Origin: Minisyncoccota bacterium
GTDB taxonomy: Bacteria; Patescibacteriota; Minisyncoccia; Phycocordibacterales; DATDWN01
Reading direction: 5' to 3'
Assembly (NCBI GenBank): GCA_041658985.1
Contig: JBAZZC010000006.1
Location: 2,369-66,368, forward strand
DNA length: 64,000 bases
The notes beneath the pieces are model-generated. The model was given only the letters and a program-made list of their open reading frames with translations, was not told the origin of the DNA and searched no databases. Shown in pieces: positions 19,506 to 30,144 of this stretch. Position 1 is the stretch's first letter. Each line of letters begins with the position of its first letter. The translations under genes and the position numbers were made by a program.

Positions 19506-22500
19506 TTATTGATAACGGTTTCGTTCGTCAATGATTTCTGGTCTAGCGGCTCTCATTTCAGCAATCATGTCGTACTTTTTACTACCCTTAAACCCTGTTC
19601 CAGCTGGAATAAGCCGTCCAAGAATAACATTCTCCATAAGTCCGGCTAGTTTATCGGCTGTGCCTTTAATGGCACTTGATATAAGCATTCGTGTTGTATG
19701 CTGAAAGGCTGCTGCTGCCAAGAAACTCTTTCGCGACAAAGATACATCTGTGATACCCATAACCACACCCTCGGCTTTTGCTTCTTCTAATCCAAGTTCT
19801 TTCAATCTTGCATTTTCTTCAGCAAGAAAAGCTAGTTCAACTAAATCCCCCTCCAAAAAGATACTGTCCCCAGGATTTTTTACTCTCTTTCTCGAGAACA
19901 TTTGTCGCACGATGGTTTCAATGTGTTTTCTGGAAACATTTTCACCCTGAAGTTCATAAGGTTTGTTAATTTCGTGAATAATATAATCAATCGTCTTGTC
20001 CTTACCTGCATATCTGAAAAGCTCATCTATATCAGCCGAACCATCTGTAATCATCTCTCCTTTTTTTACCTCATCACCAATCTTGACTAAAATTGTTCGA
20101 CTAAGAGAAATTGAATACTCAATCTTATCTTTACTCTTTGTTCTATCTTCTAAAATTGGGGTAATAACAATTACCTTTTCTTTGTCGGTCACCCTTATAT
20201 CAGAAATTGTACCAGACACTGAACAAACAACTGCTGGATTTTTTGGTTTTCTTTTTTCAAACAATTCCTCTACTCTAGGAAGACCAGAAACGATATCTCC
20301 AGCAACTGATGCTGTACCTCCTGCGTGGAAAGTTCTCATTGTCAGCTGTGTTCCTGGCTCTCCAATCGCTTGTCCAGCCACTGTACCAACAGCCTCACCA
20401 AGTTCAACCACCTTATTTTTACCAAGATCAGCTCCATAACATTTCACACAAATACCATTTAGGGTTTTACATGAAAGTGGAGACCTTACGTTAACAGAAG
20501 TAACACCCACCATCTCTATTTCCTGAGCTTCTTTTTTGTTAATCAATTGGTCTTTTTTAAACATGACTTTTCCATTCTTATCTACAACATCAGCAGCCAA
20601 AAATCTCCCTTTTATGTGTTTTGCAATAGGAATTTCTATTCCTGATATGGCAAATTTATCTATAACCACACCCTCCTTTGTTCCACAATCCTCTTCTGTG
20701 ATAATTGTATCTTGAGCTACGACGAACATTTTCCTAGTTAGATATCCAGATTTAGCCGTGTTAAGAGCAGTATCGGTTAGACCTTTTCTAGCTCCGTGGG
20801 TGGTAATAAAATATTCAAGTGGAGTAAGACCCTCCTTTGAACAAGAAATTATCGGGAAATCAATAGTCTCCCCCGCTGTGTTTGTAATAAGTCCCTTCAT
20901 ACCAGCCATTTGGGTAATATTTCCCATCGTACCTCGAGCACCCGACGACACCATGTCTATAACCGAACCGTTTTTTGGAAGAGTTGCGGGCATAAGCTTT
21001 TCTACTTCAGCTTTTGCGGCATGCCAGATTTCTATAGTTTGTCTTAAGCGTTCTTCTTTAGAAATAAGTCCTGTATTAAAGTGTTCCATTATGGCATCGG
21101 CTTTCTTTCTAGATTTATCAATAATATCCTTTTTGCCTTCCGGAATTAAAATATCATCTATTCCCCAAGTTGTACCAGAATGGGTAGCATATTTGAATCC
21201 GAAATTTTTAATTTTGTCTATAATAACCGCCACATTTTCAATGCCATATTTTTCTATCAGGTCGTCAACCAAAAAAGTTGTCTTCTTTTTATTTATTTCT
21301 CCATTTATGAAAGGATAATCCTTTGGAAGAACCGAATTAAACAGCAAACGCCCCACAGTTGTCTCAAATAACTTCCCGTTAAATTGTCTGTATCTCTCTG
21401 ATTCAGAAGGCAAGACTTTTATTTTTGCTCTAAACGATACAGCCTCAAGGTCATAGGCGGTAATAGCTGTGTTTGGAGATGAGAAAAATTTTCCTTCTCC
21501 CTTTTCACCATCAATTTCTTTTGTCATCCAATAACAACCCAAAACGATATCAAGCATTTTAGCAGACACGGTTGGGTCTCCTGAACCAGGTTTTAAGATG
21601 TTTTTATCTGACGCCATTATTTCTCTAGCTTCTAATTGAGCTTCGTCGGATAACGGCACATGAACAGCCATTTGGTCACCGTCGAAATCGGCATTAAATG
21701 CTGAACAAACCAAAGGATGAAGTTGAATGGCATTTCCTTCTATCAGAACTGGTTTAAAGGCTTGAATACCGAGACGATGTAAAGTTGGCGCACGGTTTAG
21801 AAGAACATATTTACCAGAGATAACTTCCTCAAGAATAGCCCAAACTTCTGGAATACCATCTTCTATAAGCTTACTAGCTCCTCTTATATTGTATGCAAGT
21901 TCTTTTTGTATAATTTGTGAAATAATAAAAGGTTTAAAAAGCTCTAAGGCCATGTGTTTTGGTAGACCACATTGATTTAGGTGTAAATCTGGACCAACGA
22001 CAATCACAGACCTTCCAGAATAATCTACTCTTTTACCCAAAAGATTTTGTCGAAACAAACCTCTTTTTCCCTTAAGATTGTCGGCGATGGATTTTAATGG
22101 TCGTCTCTGTGACTGGTTTATGGCACCAGATGCCGAACCATGTCTTATGGTGTTATCTATAAGAGCATCAACTGCTTCTTGAAGAATTCTTTTTTCGTTT
22201 CGCAAGATAACATCTGGAGCATGGATTTCCTTTAGCTTTTTTAATCGATTGTTTCTATTTATAACTCGTCTATATAGGTCATTAACATCCGACGTAGCAT
22301 ATCTACCACCATCAAGTGGAACCATTGGTCGAAGAGCAGGTGGCATAACAGGAATGTTTATCAAGAACATCCATTCAGGTCTTATGTTGGAGTTAATCAT
22401 TGCCCCAATGACATTGATTCTTTTGTTTATCTTTGCAACATCCAAACTATTGGCTTTTTCCAATTCTTTTTTAAGTTGAGATAAGAGTTTATGTAGGTCA

Positions 22501-23183
22501 ATTTTTTTGAAGATATTATAAATTGCCTCAGCTCCTATACCAGCCTCAAAAAGGGTTCCGTATTTCATCCCAAAATTATAATATTCTATCTCGTCTAGCA
22601 CTCTACCCTCTTGGATAGATTCTATTTCTCGTTTTGCATTAAGAAGCATTTCTTTAACTACTTCTTTTGTTTTTTCATCCTGGAGAGATTTGATTTTCGC
22701 TTTGTATTCTGAATCAAGGTCCTTTAATGTCCGAGTCCTGTCTTCTTCTGAAACTTTCGTGATAATATATCCGGCAAAATAAATCACTTTTTCTATATCT
22801 GCTGTAGGAATACCCAAAACCAAACTAATGCGACTTGGCATTGATTTCAAAAACCAGATGTGTGAGACAACTGTCGCAAGCTCTATATGTCCCATTCTCT
22901 CCCTACGAACAATAGACCTGGTTATTTCCACCCCACATTTTTCACAAACAATTCCCTTGTAACGAATACCACGATATTTTCCACAATAACATTCGTAGTC
23001 CTTATCTGGACCAAAGATTTTCTCATCAAAAAGACCATTTTTTTCACTACGCTGTGTCCTATAATTTATTGTTTCCGGTTTAGTTACTTCGCCAAAAGAC
23101 CATTCCTTTATTCTTTCAGGAGAAGCTACTTTCAAAGCTATTGTTTCAAAATTATTTGGGTCTGTTGTTGTTCTTGTTTTCAT
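19506..23183 (-). CDS. rpoC: RNA polymerase beta' subunit
   Basis: [44 protein letters not shown]. Confidence 0.99.
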   Translation of the reverse strand: MKTRTTTDPNNFETIALKVASPERIKEWSFGEVTKPETINYRTQRSEKNGLFDEKIFGPDKDYECYCGKYRGIRYKGIVCEKCGVEITRSIVRRERMGHIELATVVSHIWFLKSMPSRISLVLGIPTADIEKVIYFAGYIITKVSEEDRTRTLKDLDSEYKAKIKSLQDEKTKEVVKEMLLNAKREIESIQEGRVLDEIEYYNFGMKYGTLFEAGIGAEAIYNIFKKIDLHKLLSQLKKELEKANSLDVAKINKRINVIGAMINSNIRPEWMFLINIPVMPPALRPMVPLDGGRYATSDVNDLYRRVINRNNRLKKLKEIHAPDVILRNEKRILQEAVDALIDNTIRHGSASGAINQSQRRPLKSIADNLKGKRGLFRQNLLGKRVDYSGRSVIVVGPDLHLNQCGLPKHMALELFKPFIISQIIQKELAYNIRGASKLIEDGIPEVWAILEEVISGKYVLLNRAPTLHRLGIQAFKPVLIEGNAIQLHPLVCSAFNADFDGDQMAVHVPLSDEAQLEAREIMASDKNILKPGSGDPTVSAKMLDIVLGCYWMTKEIDGEKGEGKFFSSPNTAITAYDLEAVSFRAKIKVLPSESERYRQFNGKLFETTVGRLLFNSVLPKDYPFINGEINKKKTTFLVDDLIEKYGIENVAVIIDKIKNFGFKYATHSGTTWGIDDILIPEGKKDIIDKSRKKADAIMEHFNTGLISKEERLRQTIEIWHAAKAEVEKLMPATLPKNGSVIDMVSSGARGTMGNITQMAGMKGLITNTAGETIDFPIISCSKEGLTPLEYFITTHGARKGLTDTALNTAKSGYLTRKMFVVAQDTIITEEDCGTKEGVVIDKFAISGIEIPIAKHIKGRFLAADVVDKNGKVMFKKDQLINKKEAQEIEMVGVTSVNVRSPLSCKTLNGICVKCYGADLGKNKVVELGEAVGTVAGQAIGEPGTQLTMRTFHAGGTASVAGDIVSGLPRVEELFEKRKPKNPAVVCSVSGTISDIRVTDKEKVIVITPILEDRTKSKDKIEYSISLSRTILVKIGDEVKKGEMITDGSADIDELFRYAGKDKTIDYIIHEINKPYELQGENVSRKHIETIVRQMFSRKRVKNPGDSIFLEGDLVELAFLAEENARLKELGLEEAKAEGVVMGITDVSLSRKSFLAAAAFQHTTRMLISSAIKGTADKLAGLMENVILGRLIPAGTGFKGSKKYDMIAEMRAARPEIIDERNRYQ

Positions 23184-23230
23184 CTTTTTTGTTTAGAAAT
23201 TAGAAATTAAAAATTAGAAATTTATTTATC

Positions 23231-26200
23231 TTAACTTTCTAATCTTTCCCCATTTATATCTTTCGACCCTTTTTTAATCTGAACATCTAAAGCAAGCCCT
23301 CGTAAATTATTTAGAAGAACATTGAAAGATGCTGGCGTGTTGAGCTGAGTAATCGGCAGACCCTTAACAATGGCATCAAAAGCCGCTGACCTACCAATAA
23401 TGTCATCTGATTTGATAGTTAGAATTTCTTGTAGTGTATGTGCTGCCCCGTGACCCAAAAGTGCCCAGACTTCCATTTCTCCAAATCTCTGTCCTCCATT
23501 CTGAGCTTTTCCACCAAGAGGTTGCTGTGTAATAAGAGAGTATGGACCAATAGAACGCATGTGAATCTTGTCTTCCACCATGTGATGCAGTTTAAGAATA
23601 TACATGTAACCAACAGCAACATCTTGCTCAAAAGCTTCACCAGTTCGGCCGTCAAAAAGTTTCATTTTTCCAGTTTCACTGAATCCTGCTTTTTTTAATT
23701 CGTCCTTGATTTCCTCACCAGTTGCTCCAGCAAACGGAGGAACAATTGCTTGGTAACCCAAGGTATGCGCTGCTAATCCTAAGTGAAGCTCTAGGATTTG
23801 TCCCAAGTTCATACGAGACGGCACACCAAGCGGAGTCAAAATAACATCAATAGGTGTACCATCCACCATATATGGCATATCTTCCTCTGGAAGGATTCTT
23901 GAAATAACACCTTTGTTTCCGTGTCGTCCAGCAAGTTTGTCTCCTACTGAGACATTTCGAAGTTGAGCCACCTCAATATGAATTCTTTTTATAATACCAG
24001 AATCTAATTTATCACCATTTTCTCTTGAAAAAATTTGGACCTTTATGATTCGCCCTTTTTTACCACCCTCCATTCTTTTTGATGTATCTTTTACATCATG
24101 AGCCTTCTCCCCAAAGAGTGAGCGCAACAATCTTTCTTCTGGAGTAAGTTGGGTTTCTCCTTTTGGAGTAATTTTACCAACGAGAATATCTCCCGGTCTA
24201 ACTTCTGCTCCGACTTGGACAATACCATCCTCTGCAAGGTTTTTTAATTTTGCCTCACCTACATTAGGAATATCACAAGTAGTAACTTCTGGACCCAATT
24301 TTGTATCCCGAACATTAACCACAAATTCTTCTATGTGAATAGATGTGAATTTACTGTCTTTTACCACCCTTTCAGAGAGAATAATAGCGTCTTCATAGTT
24401 TGAGCCACTCCAAGACATAAAGGCAACTAACATGTTCTGTCCGATTGCTGATTGTCCATCCTTGCTTGCTGATGTGTCTGCAATTATTTCTCCTTTTTTT
24501 ATCTTGTCACCAACATTAACCCTTGGTCTCTGATGGAAAGCTGTAAAGTTATTTGTTCGAGAAAATCTTATAAGTTCGTACTCTTTATATTTGTCCTGAT
24601 TGTTTTTCGTAATGATTTTTATGCCGTCAGAATGAGTAACAACCCCATCTTCAGTTGCTATAACTAGTCTGCCGGTATCTCGTAAGGCATCCGCTTCTAT
24701 ACCTGTAGCAACAAGAGGTACCTCTGAAATAACACAAGGTGTAGCTTGTCTCTGCATATTAGAAGCCATAAGGGCTCGGTTTGCTTCATCATGGTTTAGA
24801 AATGGAATCATTGATGTAGAAATAGAGAAAGCTTGGTTGGTTGAAACATCAATAAAATCGACTTTATCTCTTGAAATAATACCGGGGTTCCCTTCTGTAC
24901 GAATCTCAACATCATCCACTAAAATTTTTCCATTTTCATCTACCGGGGTCGCCGCATGAGCAATGGCATAGCTTTCCTCTTCAGAAGCATTTAGAAATAC
25001 AATTTCATCAGTTACTACTCCCTTTTTAACTTTTGCATATGGGGTCTCTATCATTCCAAAACTATTAATTCTGGCGTAGATGGCCAAACGTAAAACCAGA
25101 CCAATGTTTGGACCCTCTGGCGTATTAATCGGACAAAGTCGTCCATAGTGAGAATGATGCACGTCACGAACCTCATATCCTGCTCTTGTACGATTAAGAC
25201 CTCCGGGACCAAGTGCAGACAACGTTCGCAAATATTCTATTTCAGAAAGAGGATTTGTCTGGTCCATAAAGTGAGAAAGTTGGTTCGTGGTGAAAAATTC
25301 TTTAATACGTGCCTGAAGTGGCTTTGGAGATATAAATTGAACAGGTAAGGTAACGTCGGTATCAATAGTAGACATTCTGTTTTGAATGTTTCTTTTGATT
25401 TGAGCCATGCCTGTACGGATTTTCTGTTGAAAAAGCTCCCCAACAAATCTCACTCTGCGACTACCAAGATGGTCAATGTCGTCTTCCATAGCATCCGGAG
25501 TGTTGTTTAGAAAAGCCACATGAGAAATTATAGTAACTAGATCATCAAGGGAGATGGTCTTTTTCTTGAGTTCCTTGTCGTCCATTTTTTTATTGAATCG
25601 CTTATTAAATCGATATCTTCCGACAGGAGAGAGGTCGTATCTTTCCTCTTCAAAAATTGAGTTAACAAACTCACGAGCATTTTCGGCTGTGGCCAAATCA
25701 CCATCACGTAATCTTTTGTGTATTTCAATGAAAGCATCATCTACACTCTTGTCTCTGTCTTTCAGTAAGGTTTTTTCTATGGTTTGAGTTGCAAACTTGT
25801 CATCAGCAAAAAGCTTTTTAATCCCCGCATCATCTTTGGCCCCTAAAACCCTAAGAAGGGTTGTACAGACAAATTTTCTTTTGCGGTCAATACGCACATA
25901 AACCACCCCATCTAGGTCAGATTCAATTTCTACCCAAGCCCCACGAGAAGGTATAATCTTGGCCCCAAAAAGTTTGCGCCCTTTTATTTCAGAAGCAGTA
26001 AAAAACACTCCATATGAGCGTGCTAACTGAGGAACAATAACTCGTTCAATTCCAGAAATAATAAAGGTACCGTGGGAAGTCATCAAAGGAAAATCAGCCA
26101 TAAAAATCTCCTGCTCCTTTTCTGTGCCAAGAACATGATTCTTTAATTTTACCTTAACCTTGAGGGGTGCTTCGTAGGAAAGTTTGTTATCTTTTGCAAA

Positions 26201-26428
26201 ATACTCATCATGTTTAGCCTGGGCCAATTCAAAACCAGTAAAATCTAGAGTAAACTTCTTTTCCGAAAAATCTTTTATAGAAGAAAATTCTTCAAAGACT
26301 TCTTTTAGTCCCTTTTCTACAAGCCATTTAAAAGAGTCCAGTTGTGGTTCAACAAAGTTCGGCGTCGAAACAAGTGGCTTTTTAAAGCGACTGAAAAACT
26401 TCTGTGGACGAGCAGTTGTTGTATTCAT
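23231..26428 (-). CDS. rpoB: RNA polymerase beta subunit
   Basis: DDIDHLG.RR, TPEGPNIGL, GDKLAGRHGNKG, GGQRFGEME. Confidence 0.99.
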   Translation of the reverse strand: MNTTTARPQKFFSRFKKPLVSTPNFVEPQLDSFKWLVEKGLKEVFEEFSSIKDFSEKKFTLDFTGFELAQAKHDEYFAKDNKLSYEAPLKVKVKLKNHVLGTEKEQEIFMADFPLMTSHGTFIISGIERVIVPQLARSYGVFFTASEIKGRKLFGAKIIPSRGAWVEIESDLDGVVYVRIDRKRKFVCTTLLRVLGAKDDAGIKKLFADDKFATQTIEKTLLKDRDKSVDDAFIEIHKRLRDGDLATAENAREFVNSIFEEERYDLSPVGRYRFNKRFNKKMDDKELKKKTISLDDLVTIISHVAFLNNTPDAMEDDIDHLGSRRVRFVGELFQQKIRTGMAQIKRNIQNRMSTIDTDVTLPVQFISPKPLQARIKEFFTTNQLSHFMDQTNPLSEIEYLRTLSALGPGGLNRTRAGYEVRDVHHSHYGRLCPINTPEGPNIGLVLRLAIYARINSFGMIETPYAKVKKGVVTDEIVFLNASEEESYAIAHAATPVDENGKILVDDVEIRTEGNPGIISRDKVDFIDVSTNQAFSISTSMIPFLNHDEANRALMASNMQRQATPCVISEVPLVATGIEADALRDTGRLVIATEDGVVTHSDGIKIITKNNQDKYKEYELIRFSRTNNFTAFHQRPRVNVGDKIKKGEIIADTSASKDGQSAIGQNMLVAFMSWSGSNYEDAIILSERVVKDSKFTSIHIEEFVVNVRDTKLGPEVTTCDIPNVGEAKLKNLAEDGIVQVGAEVRPGDILVGKITPKGETQLTPEERLLRSLFGEKAHDVKDTSKRMEGGKKGRIIKVQIFSRENGDKLDSGIIKRIHIEVAQLRNVSVGDKLAGRHGNKGVISRILPEEDMPYMVDGTPIDVILTPLGVPSRMNLGQILELHLGLAAHTLGYQAIVPPFAGATGEEIKDELKKAGFSETGKMKLFDGRTGEAFEQDVAVGYMYILKLHHMVEDKIHMRSIGPYSLITQQPLGGKAQNGGQRFGEMEVWALLGHGAAHTLQEILTIKSDDIIGRSAAFDAIVKGLPITQLNTPASFNVLLNNLRGLALDVQIKKGSKDINGERLES

Positions 26429-26467
26429 ATAAAATATGTTTGTAAAAATCTTGCCTTATTAATAAAT

Positions 26468-26597
26468 CCGAACACCAACTTTGACATCGTTACTTCTGTC
26501 CCAAGTTTTGCTAACCAGACTTATCTATGTGTCCATCAATACTTAATGGGTCATATCATTAAAGTAACAATGGGACAATGTCAAAGTTGGTGTGCGG
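26468..26597. repeat. Palindromic element family P1, copy C
   Basis: CCGAACACCAACTTTGACAT...ATGTCAAAGTTGGTGTGCGG; 130 bp; compensatory changes relative to other copies. Confidence 0.88.
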
Positions 26598-26814
26598 ATA
26601 AAAACGAACACAAACACAAAGAGACCCTTTCCCCAAAGGGCTCTGTTTCTGTTATTAATTTTTTAGCGATTTTGTCGCAAAATAGTGTAAGCGGACCAAT
26701 TAACCTTGTAATCCCTTCACTTTCCACCAAGACTCAATCGTATGAAGTTAAAACTGAGTATACGTCAAGAGCATATTATCTGTCAAGTAAAGTCAACAGA
26801 GTTATCCACAGTTT

Positions 26815-26927
26815 ATCCAGGCACCAAGTAGACAAGAAAAACACACCCTTACTAGCCACTTCTGTACATCGATGAACACAGATTAATTAATACTAATGAG
26901 TTATACTTGTCTACTTGGTGCCTGGAT
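26815..26927. repeat. Palindromic element family P2, copy 1 (113 bp)
   Basis: ATCCAGGCACCAAGTAGACAAG...CTTGTCTACTTGGTGCCTGGAT; internal 29-mer at 26850-26878. Confidence 0.85.
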
Positions 26928-26953
26928 GAATTCACAGTGGGTTTGACACCTAC

Positions 26954-27066
26954 ATCCAGGCACTAATTGAATGAGTGTAATTCCTTGATATTAATCTATT
27001 TATGTTCATCGATGTACAGAAGTGGCTAGTAGAGATATTTTCTTCTCATTCAATTAGTGCCTGGAT
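26954..27066. repeat. Palindromic element family P2, copy 2 (113 bp, inverted)
   Basis: ATCCAGGCACTAATTGAATGAG...CTCATTCAATTAGTGCCTGGAT; same 29-mer inverted at 27003-27031. Confidence 0.85.
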
Positions 27067-27069
27067 AAA

Positions 27070-27327
27070 TTAGTCTGGAATTTCAAAAATCTTCCTCTTG
27101 GACGTTGCCCCAGAAACCAACCTTACAAGAGATGGAGCAATATCAAAATATTTTGCCAATACTTTAATAATGGCTTCGTTGGCTTTTCCTCCTACAGGCA
27201 CCTCTTTTACTGAAACTTTGTATTCTACCATCCCCTGTCCACCTTTATCAAAATCAAGTGTTGGCTGTCCGACACGTTCCACCACTTCAATCTTTGCTTT
27301 TGGTTTAGCTATAACTACAATCCTCAT
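27070..27327 (-). CDS. DUF167/YggU family protein
   Basis: V.AKPKA, PVGGKANEAII..LA..F, LVSG.TSKRK. Confidence 0.9.
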   Translation of the reverse strand: MRIVVIAKPKAKIEVVERVGQPTLDFDKGGQGMVEYKVSVKEVPVGGKANEAIIKVLAKYFDIAPSLVRLVSGATSKRKIFEIPD

Positions 27328-27328
27328 T

Positions 27329-27907
27329 TTAATATTTTCGGATTACTCCGCGTACTATCGCTGCTACCTTCAGGTCATACTGTGGATAAATTGGTGAATA
27401 GTTTTTATTGGCCGGTTTTAGATAAACTAATCCCCCCTTCTTTTTAAAATACTTCATAGTCCAACCCCCGTCAACTTCTGCAATAACAATATCTCCATCC
27501 TTTGGGTCTCCCTTTCTTTCCACCAGAACCAAGTCACCCTCTTTTATACCCTCATCTATCATTGAGTCACCTTTTACTTCTAATAAATAAGTTCCCTCTT
27601 TATTACCCACAAGATATTCATCTAAGCTCAAAGAATCAAATATGTTGGCATCAACAGAGGTTGGAATACCCGCCTCAACCAAACCAAGAAGTGGAATCTC
27701 TCCAAAAATTTTCATGGGGGTCAGTCTCCCGCTTGAGTCCTTATCAACCACCTCATCCTCAACCAACTTATTGATTAATTTGTAAACAGCATTTTTTGAC
27801 CTGAATCCAACAAGAGACATTATTTCCTTGTACCCAGGCATTCTCCGATTTTTTTGATAGAAAGAGATAATTTTATTTTTTTGTGAGATGTATTTTTCTT
27901 CAGACAT
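27329..27907 (-). CDS. lexA: LexA repressor (S24 autopeptidase)
   Basis: N-terminal wHTH (MPGYKEI..LVGFRSKNAV); Ala-Gly cleavage site VEAGIP; catalytic Ser in GDSM and Lys in TMKY. Confidence 0.9.
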   Translation of the reverse strand: MSEEKYISQKNKIISFYQKNRRMPGYKEIMSLVGFRSKNAVYKLINKLVEDEVVDKDSSGRLTPMKIFGEIPLLGLVEAGIPTSVDANIFDSLSLDEYLVGNKEGTYLLEVKGDSMIDEGIKEGDLVLVERKGDPKDGDIVIAEVDGGWTMKYFKKKGGLVYLKPANKNYSPIYPQYDLKVAAIVRGVIRKY

Positions 27908-27917
27908 ACTAGTTTAT

Positions 27918-28049
27918 CCGCACACTAACTCTGGTATCGTTGCCTCGTCTCCAGATTTAGTTGTGGTTATTTTTATTTGCGTTTATAAAAGTAATAAATT
28001 TAATATTAATTATGGCAACACTGGAGACAATACCAGAGTTAGTGTTCGG
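27918..28049. repeat. Palindromic element family P1, copy D
   Basis: CCGCACACTAACTCTGGTAT...ATACCAGAGTTAGTGTTCGG; 132 bp. Confidence 0.88.
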
Positions 28050-28054
28050 ATTAA

Positions 28055-28255
28055 TTAAACTGTACTAAATGCTCTCCCAAACCAATTATTAGCAGACCTA
28101 TTTTCTTTCTTAACTTCTGCCAATCTGGATAAAATAAATCTATGCCTTTTTGCTTCCCTTGCATACGATAAACCTTTTATGATTTTGTGGTCAATAACAT
28201 CATTTAAAACTTCCAATTCACTTCTCAATATTTTTTCTAAATTTTGTTTACTCAT
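28055..28255 (-). CDS. Small hypothetical protein, first gene of putative lexA operon
   Basis: 66-aa ORF directly downstream of the SOS-box promoter. Confidence 0.7.
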   Translation of the reverse strand: MSKQNLEKILRSELEVLNDVIDHKIIKGLSYAREAKRHRFILSRLAEVKKENRSANNWFGRAFSTV

Positions 28256-28285
28256 GATGTTTGTTATTAAAATTTATATATAGAT

Positions 28286-28314
28286 AGTATAGTGAACTAC
28301 GGTTCACCCGTCAA
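28286..28314 (-). promoter_or_regulatory. Promoter with putative LexA (SOS) box between -35 and -10
   Basis: Minus strand TTGACG-GGTGAACCGTAGTTCAC-TATACT; palindrome GTGAAC-N4-GTTCAC at 28292-28307. Confidence 0.8.
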
Positions 28315-28381
28315 GTAGGTAGATGTGGATAACTCCACGCATATCCCTTGACAACATAATTACAGGGTATATACTTAGGGT

Positions 28382-29242
28382 ATGAAAACAAACAAATACA
28401 CAATACAAGACTTAAAAAACCAGTTCCCCACAGACGAGGTTTGTGCGGAATACATCTTTGACTCCCTACATAGCCGTAAATGCTCATGTGGTGGCGAATA
28501 CAAGCAATTAAAGGGTCGTAGACAGTTTCAATGCTCTAAATGTAGGTATCAGGTAGCCCCGACTGTTAACACCATATTTCACAAATCACCCACCCCACTA
28601 ACTCTCTGGTTTCATGCTTTGTTTGTTTTCTCTACTTCAAAGTCTGGTCTTTCTGCAAAGAACCTAGAAAGCCAAATTGGTGTAACCTATAAATGTGCTT
28701 GGAGGATGTTAAACCAGATTAAGAAGGCACTAAAACAAAGTGGCGATAAATTAAAAGGTGTTGTAGAAACTGACGCTGGATATTTTGGTGGTGTAAAAAA
28801 CGCAGGTAGAAACAATGAGAACTTAAGTGAATCTATGAGAGCTAAAGCTGTTGTTTTAATAGCAGTAGAAAGAAATGGAAACATTAAAGCTAAAATAAGC
28901 GAAAACGCCACAGCAGACAGCCTTGAAAAGTTTGTGAGAGATAGTGTAGAAGAAAAGGCAATATTACTATCTGATAACGCAAGGGGTTTTAACAGATTAA
29001 ACAAAAACTATAGGCATTTCTCAGTCAATCACAGTAAAGGCGAATATGTGAGATACAAAACTCATGTAAACACAGTAGAGACATTCATTTCTCACCTAAA
29101 ACGAAGTATCGGGGGGACATTTAAGAGCGTTTCAAAGAAACACCTGCAGTCTTACCTAGACGCTTTTGTCTTTCATTATAACAATCGGCACAACGACAGA
29201 GAGAGGTTTTCTTCTTTGCTCGGTGCTGTATTACAGTCTTAA
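28382..29242 (+). CDS. IS1595-family DDE transposase
   Basis: N-terminal Zn ribbon (CSC..FQCSKC), TIFHKS..PL..WF, VETD, SD, VNHS..EYV, HVNTVE, S.KHLQSYL. Confidence 0.93.
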   Translation: MKTNKYTIQDLKNQFPTDEVCAEYIFDSLHSRKCSCGGEYKQLKGRRQFQCSKCRYQVAPTVNTIFHKSPTPLTLWFHALFVFSTSKSGLSAKNLESQIGVTYKCAWRMLNQIKKALKQSGDKLKGVVETDAGYFGGVKNAGRNNENLSESMRAKAVVLIAVERNGNIKAKISENATADSLEKFVRDSVEEKAILLSDNARGFNRLNKNYRHFSVNHSKGEYVRYKTHVNTVETFISHLKRSIGGTFKSVSKKHLQSYLDAFVFHYNNRHNDRERFSSLLGAVLQS

Positions 29243-29396
29243 GGGTAAATAGGAAACTTGACTTTTTCATATAAATAGTATAAACATTATAACTTATACA
29301 CAGGTATTTTGCATCCGTAGGTAATAGTGATATAATTACAAAAGTTCGCAAATTAATGCTTTTTGTCAAGGCAAGATGAGATGAGGGGAATATTTG

Positions 29397-29484
29397 CGGA
29401 GGATACAGGGATTGAACCTGTGTAACGGTATTAAGCGTGTTGTCGGTGTCGTAGACCGATGCATTACCACTCTGCCAATCCTCC
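29397..29484 (-). tRNA. Atypical tRNA: long-variable-arm (Ser-like) body with ACG (Arg) anticodon, no encoded CCA
   Basis: GGAGGAT/ATCCTCC acceptor stem; GCA-GAGTGGTAA-TGC D arm; TCGGT-CTACGAC-ACCGA anticodon arm; 21-nt variable region; ACAGG-TTCAATC-CCTGT T arm; G73. Confidence 0.8.
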
Positions 29485-29995
29485 TTTTATCTTGTCTTGA
29501 TAAAGAACATTAGTTTTAACAATTACCGCTTAGGCGGTTTTTGTTTTGTATAAAAAACACTCCCGTCAACAGCCAATAATGGTTAGATTATTAGCTAATG
29601 ACTGGAGTCTTTAATAAAAACCACACTTTTAACTGATAATGTAACTAAGCTGTTGAACTTCCGAACAGAAAACTTGAAGTTACCCCTAATTATATCAGTT
29701 TTACTAGACACGCACAAGGGATTTTGGTCAATTTTACTATTGACATCAACTATTTTCTGTATTTGAAAGTTTTTCTTTCTTAATAGACTTTCTCTTCTCT
29801 CTCCAAAGTATAAACCATACTACACCAATAATAACTAGAAGAAATACCCCTTTAGTTTCTAAAGTGATTTCCCAGAAGACTTTTATTAAATCTATTACTA
29901 ATCTAGATACTGAACCCATATTTTTATATTATATAGAGGTGTTTGAACTATTTAATTTATTTTTTCGGTGTCTCTTTGCCAATGTAAAAGTTTAG

Positions 29996-30139
29996 TTAAG
30001 GAGCATAAATCTCATCGGGAACACATCCATCTGAAGGACTCCCCTGAGAAGGTTCTGAAGGAGAAATTACAGCTTGTACTATGAACCACAATACGAGCAC
30101 TATAACTAAAACAAATATCCAGTCAGATAGATTTTTCAT
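29996..30139 (-). CDS. Putative 47-aa single-TM peptide (IS passenger)
   Basis: MKNLSDWIFVLVIVLVLWFIVQAVISPSEPSQG...; starts 5 nt after the upstream gene's stop. Confidence 0.45.
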   Translation of the reverse strand: MKNLSDWIFVLVIVLVLWFIVQAVISPSEPSQGSPSDGCVPDEIYAP

Positions 30140-30144
30140 ATATT

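Noticed and set aside
26342-26875. 177-aa plus-strand ORF upstream of rpoB
   Set aside because: It overlaps rpoB antisense and crosses the P1 and P2 repeats; no protein features.
26802-28332. Possible oriC (DnaA boxes at 26802, 27381 and 28324)
   Set aside because: Boxes are few and far apart, one lies within lexA, and no dnaA/dnaN is nearby.
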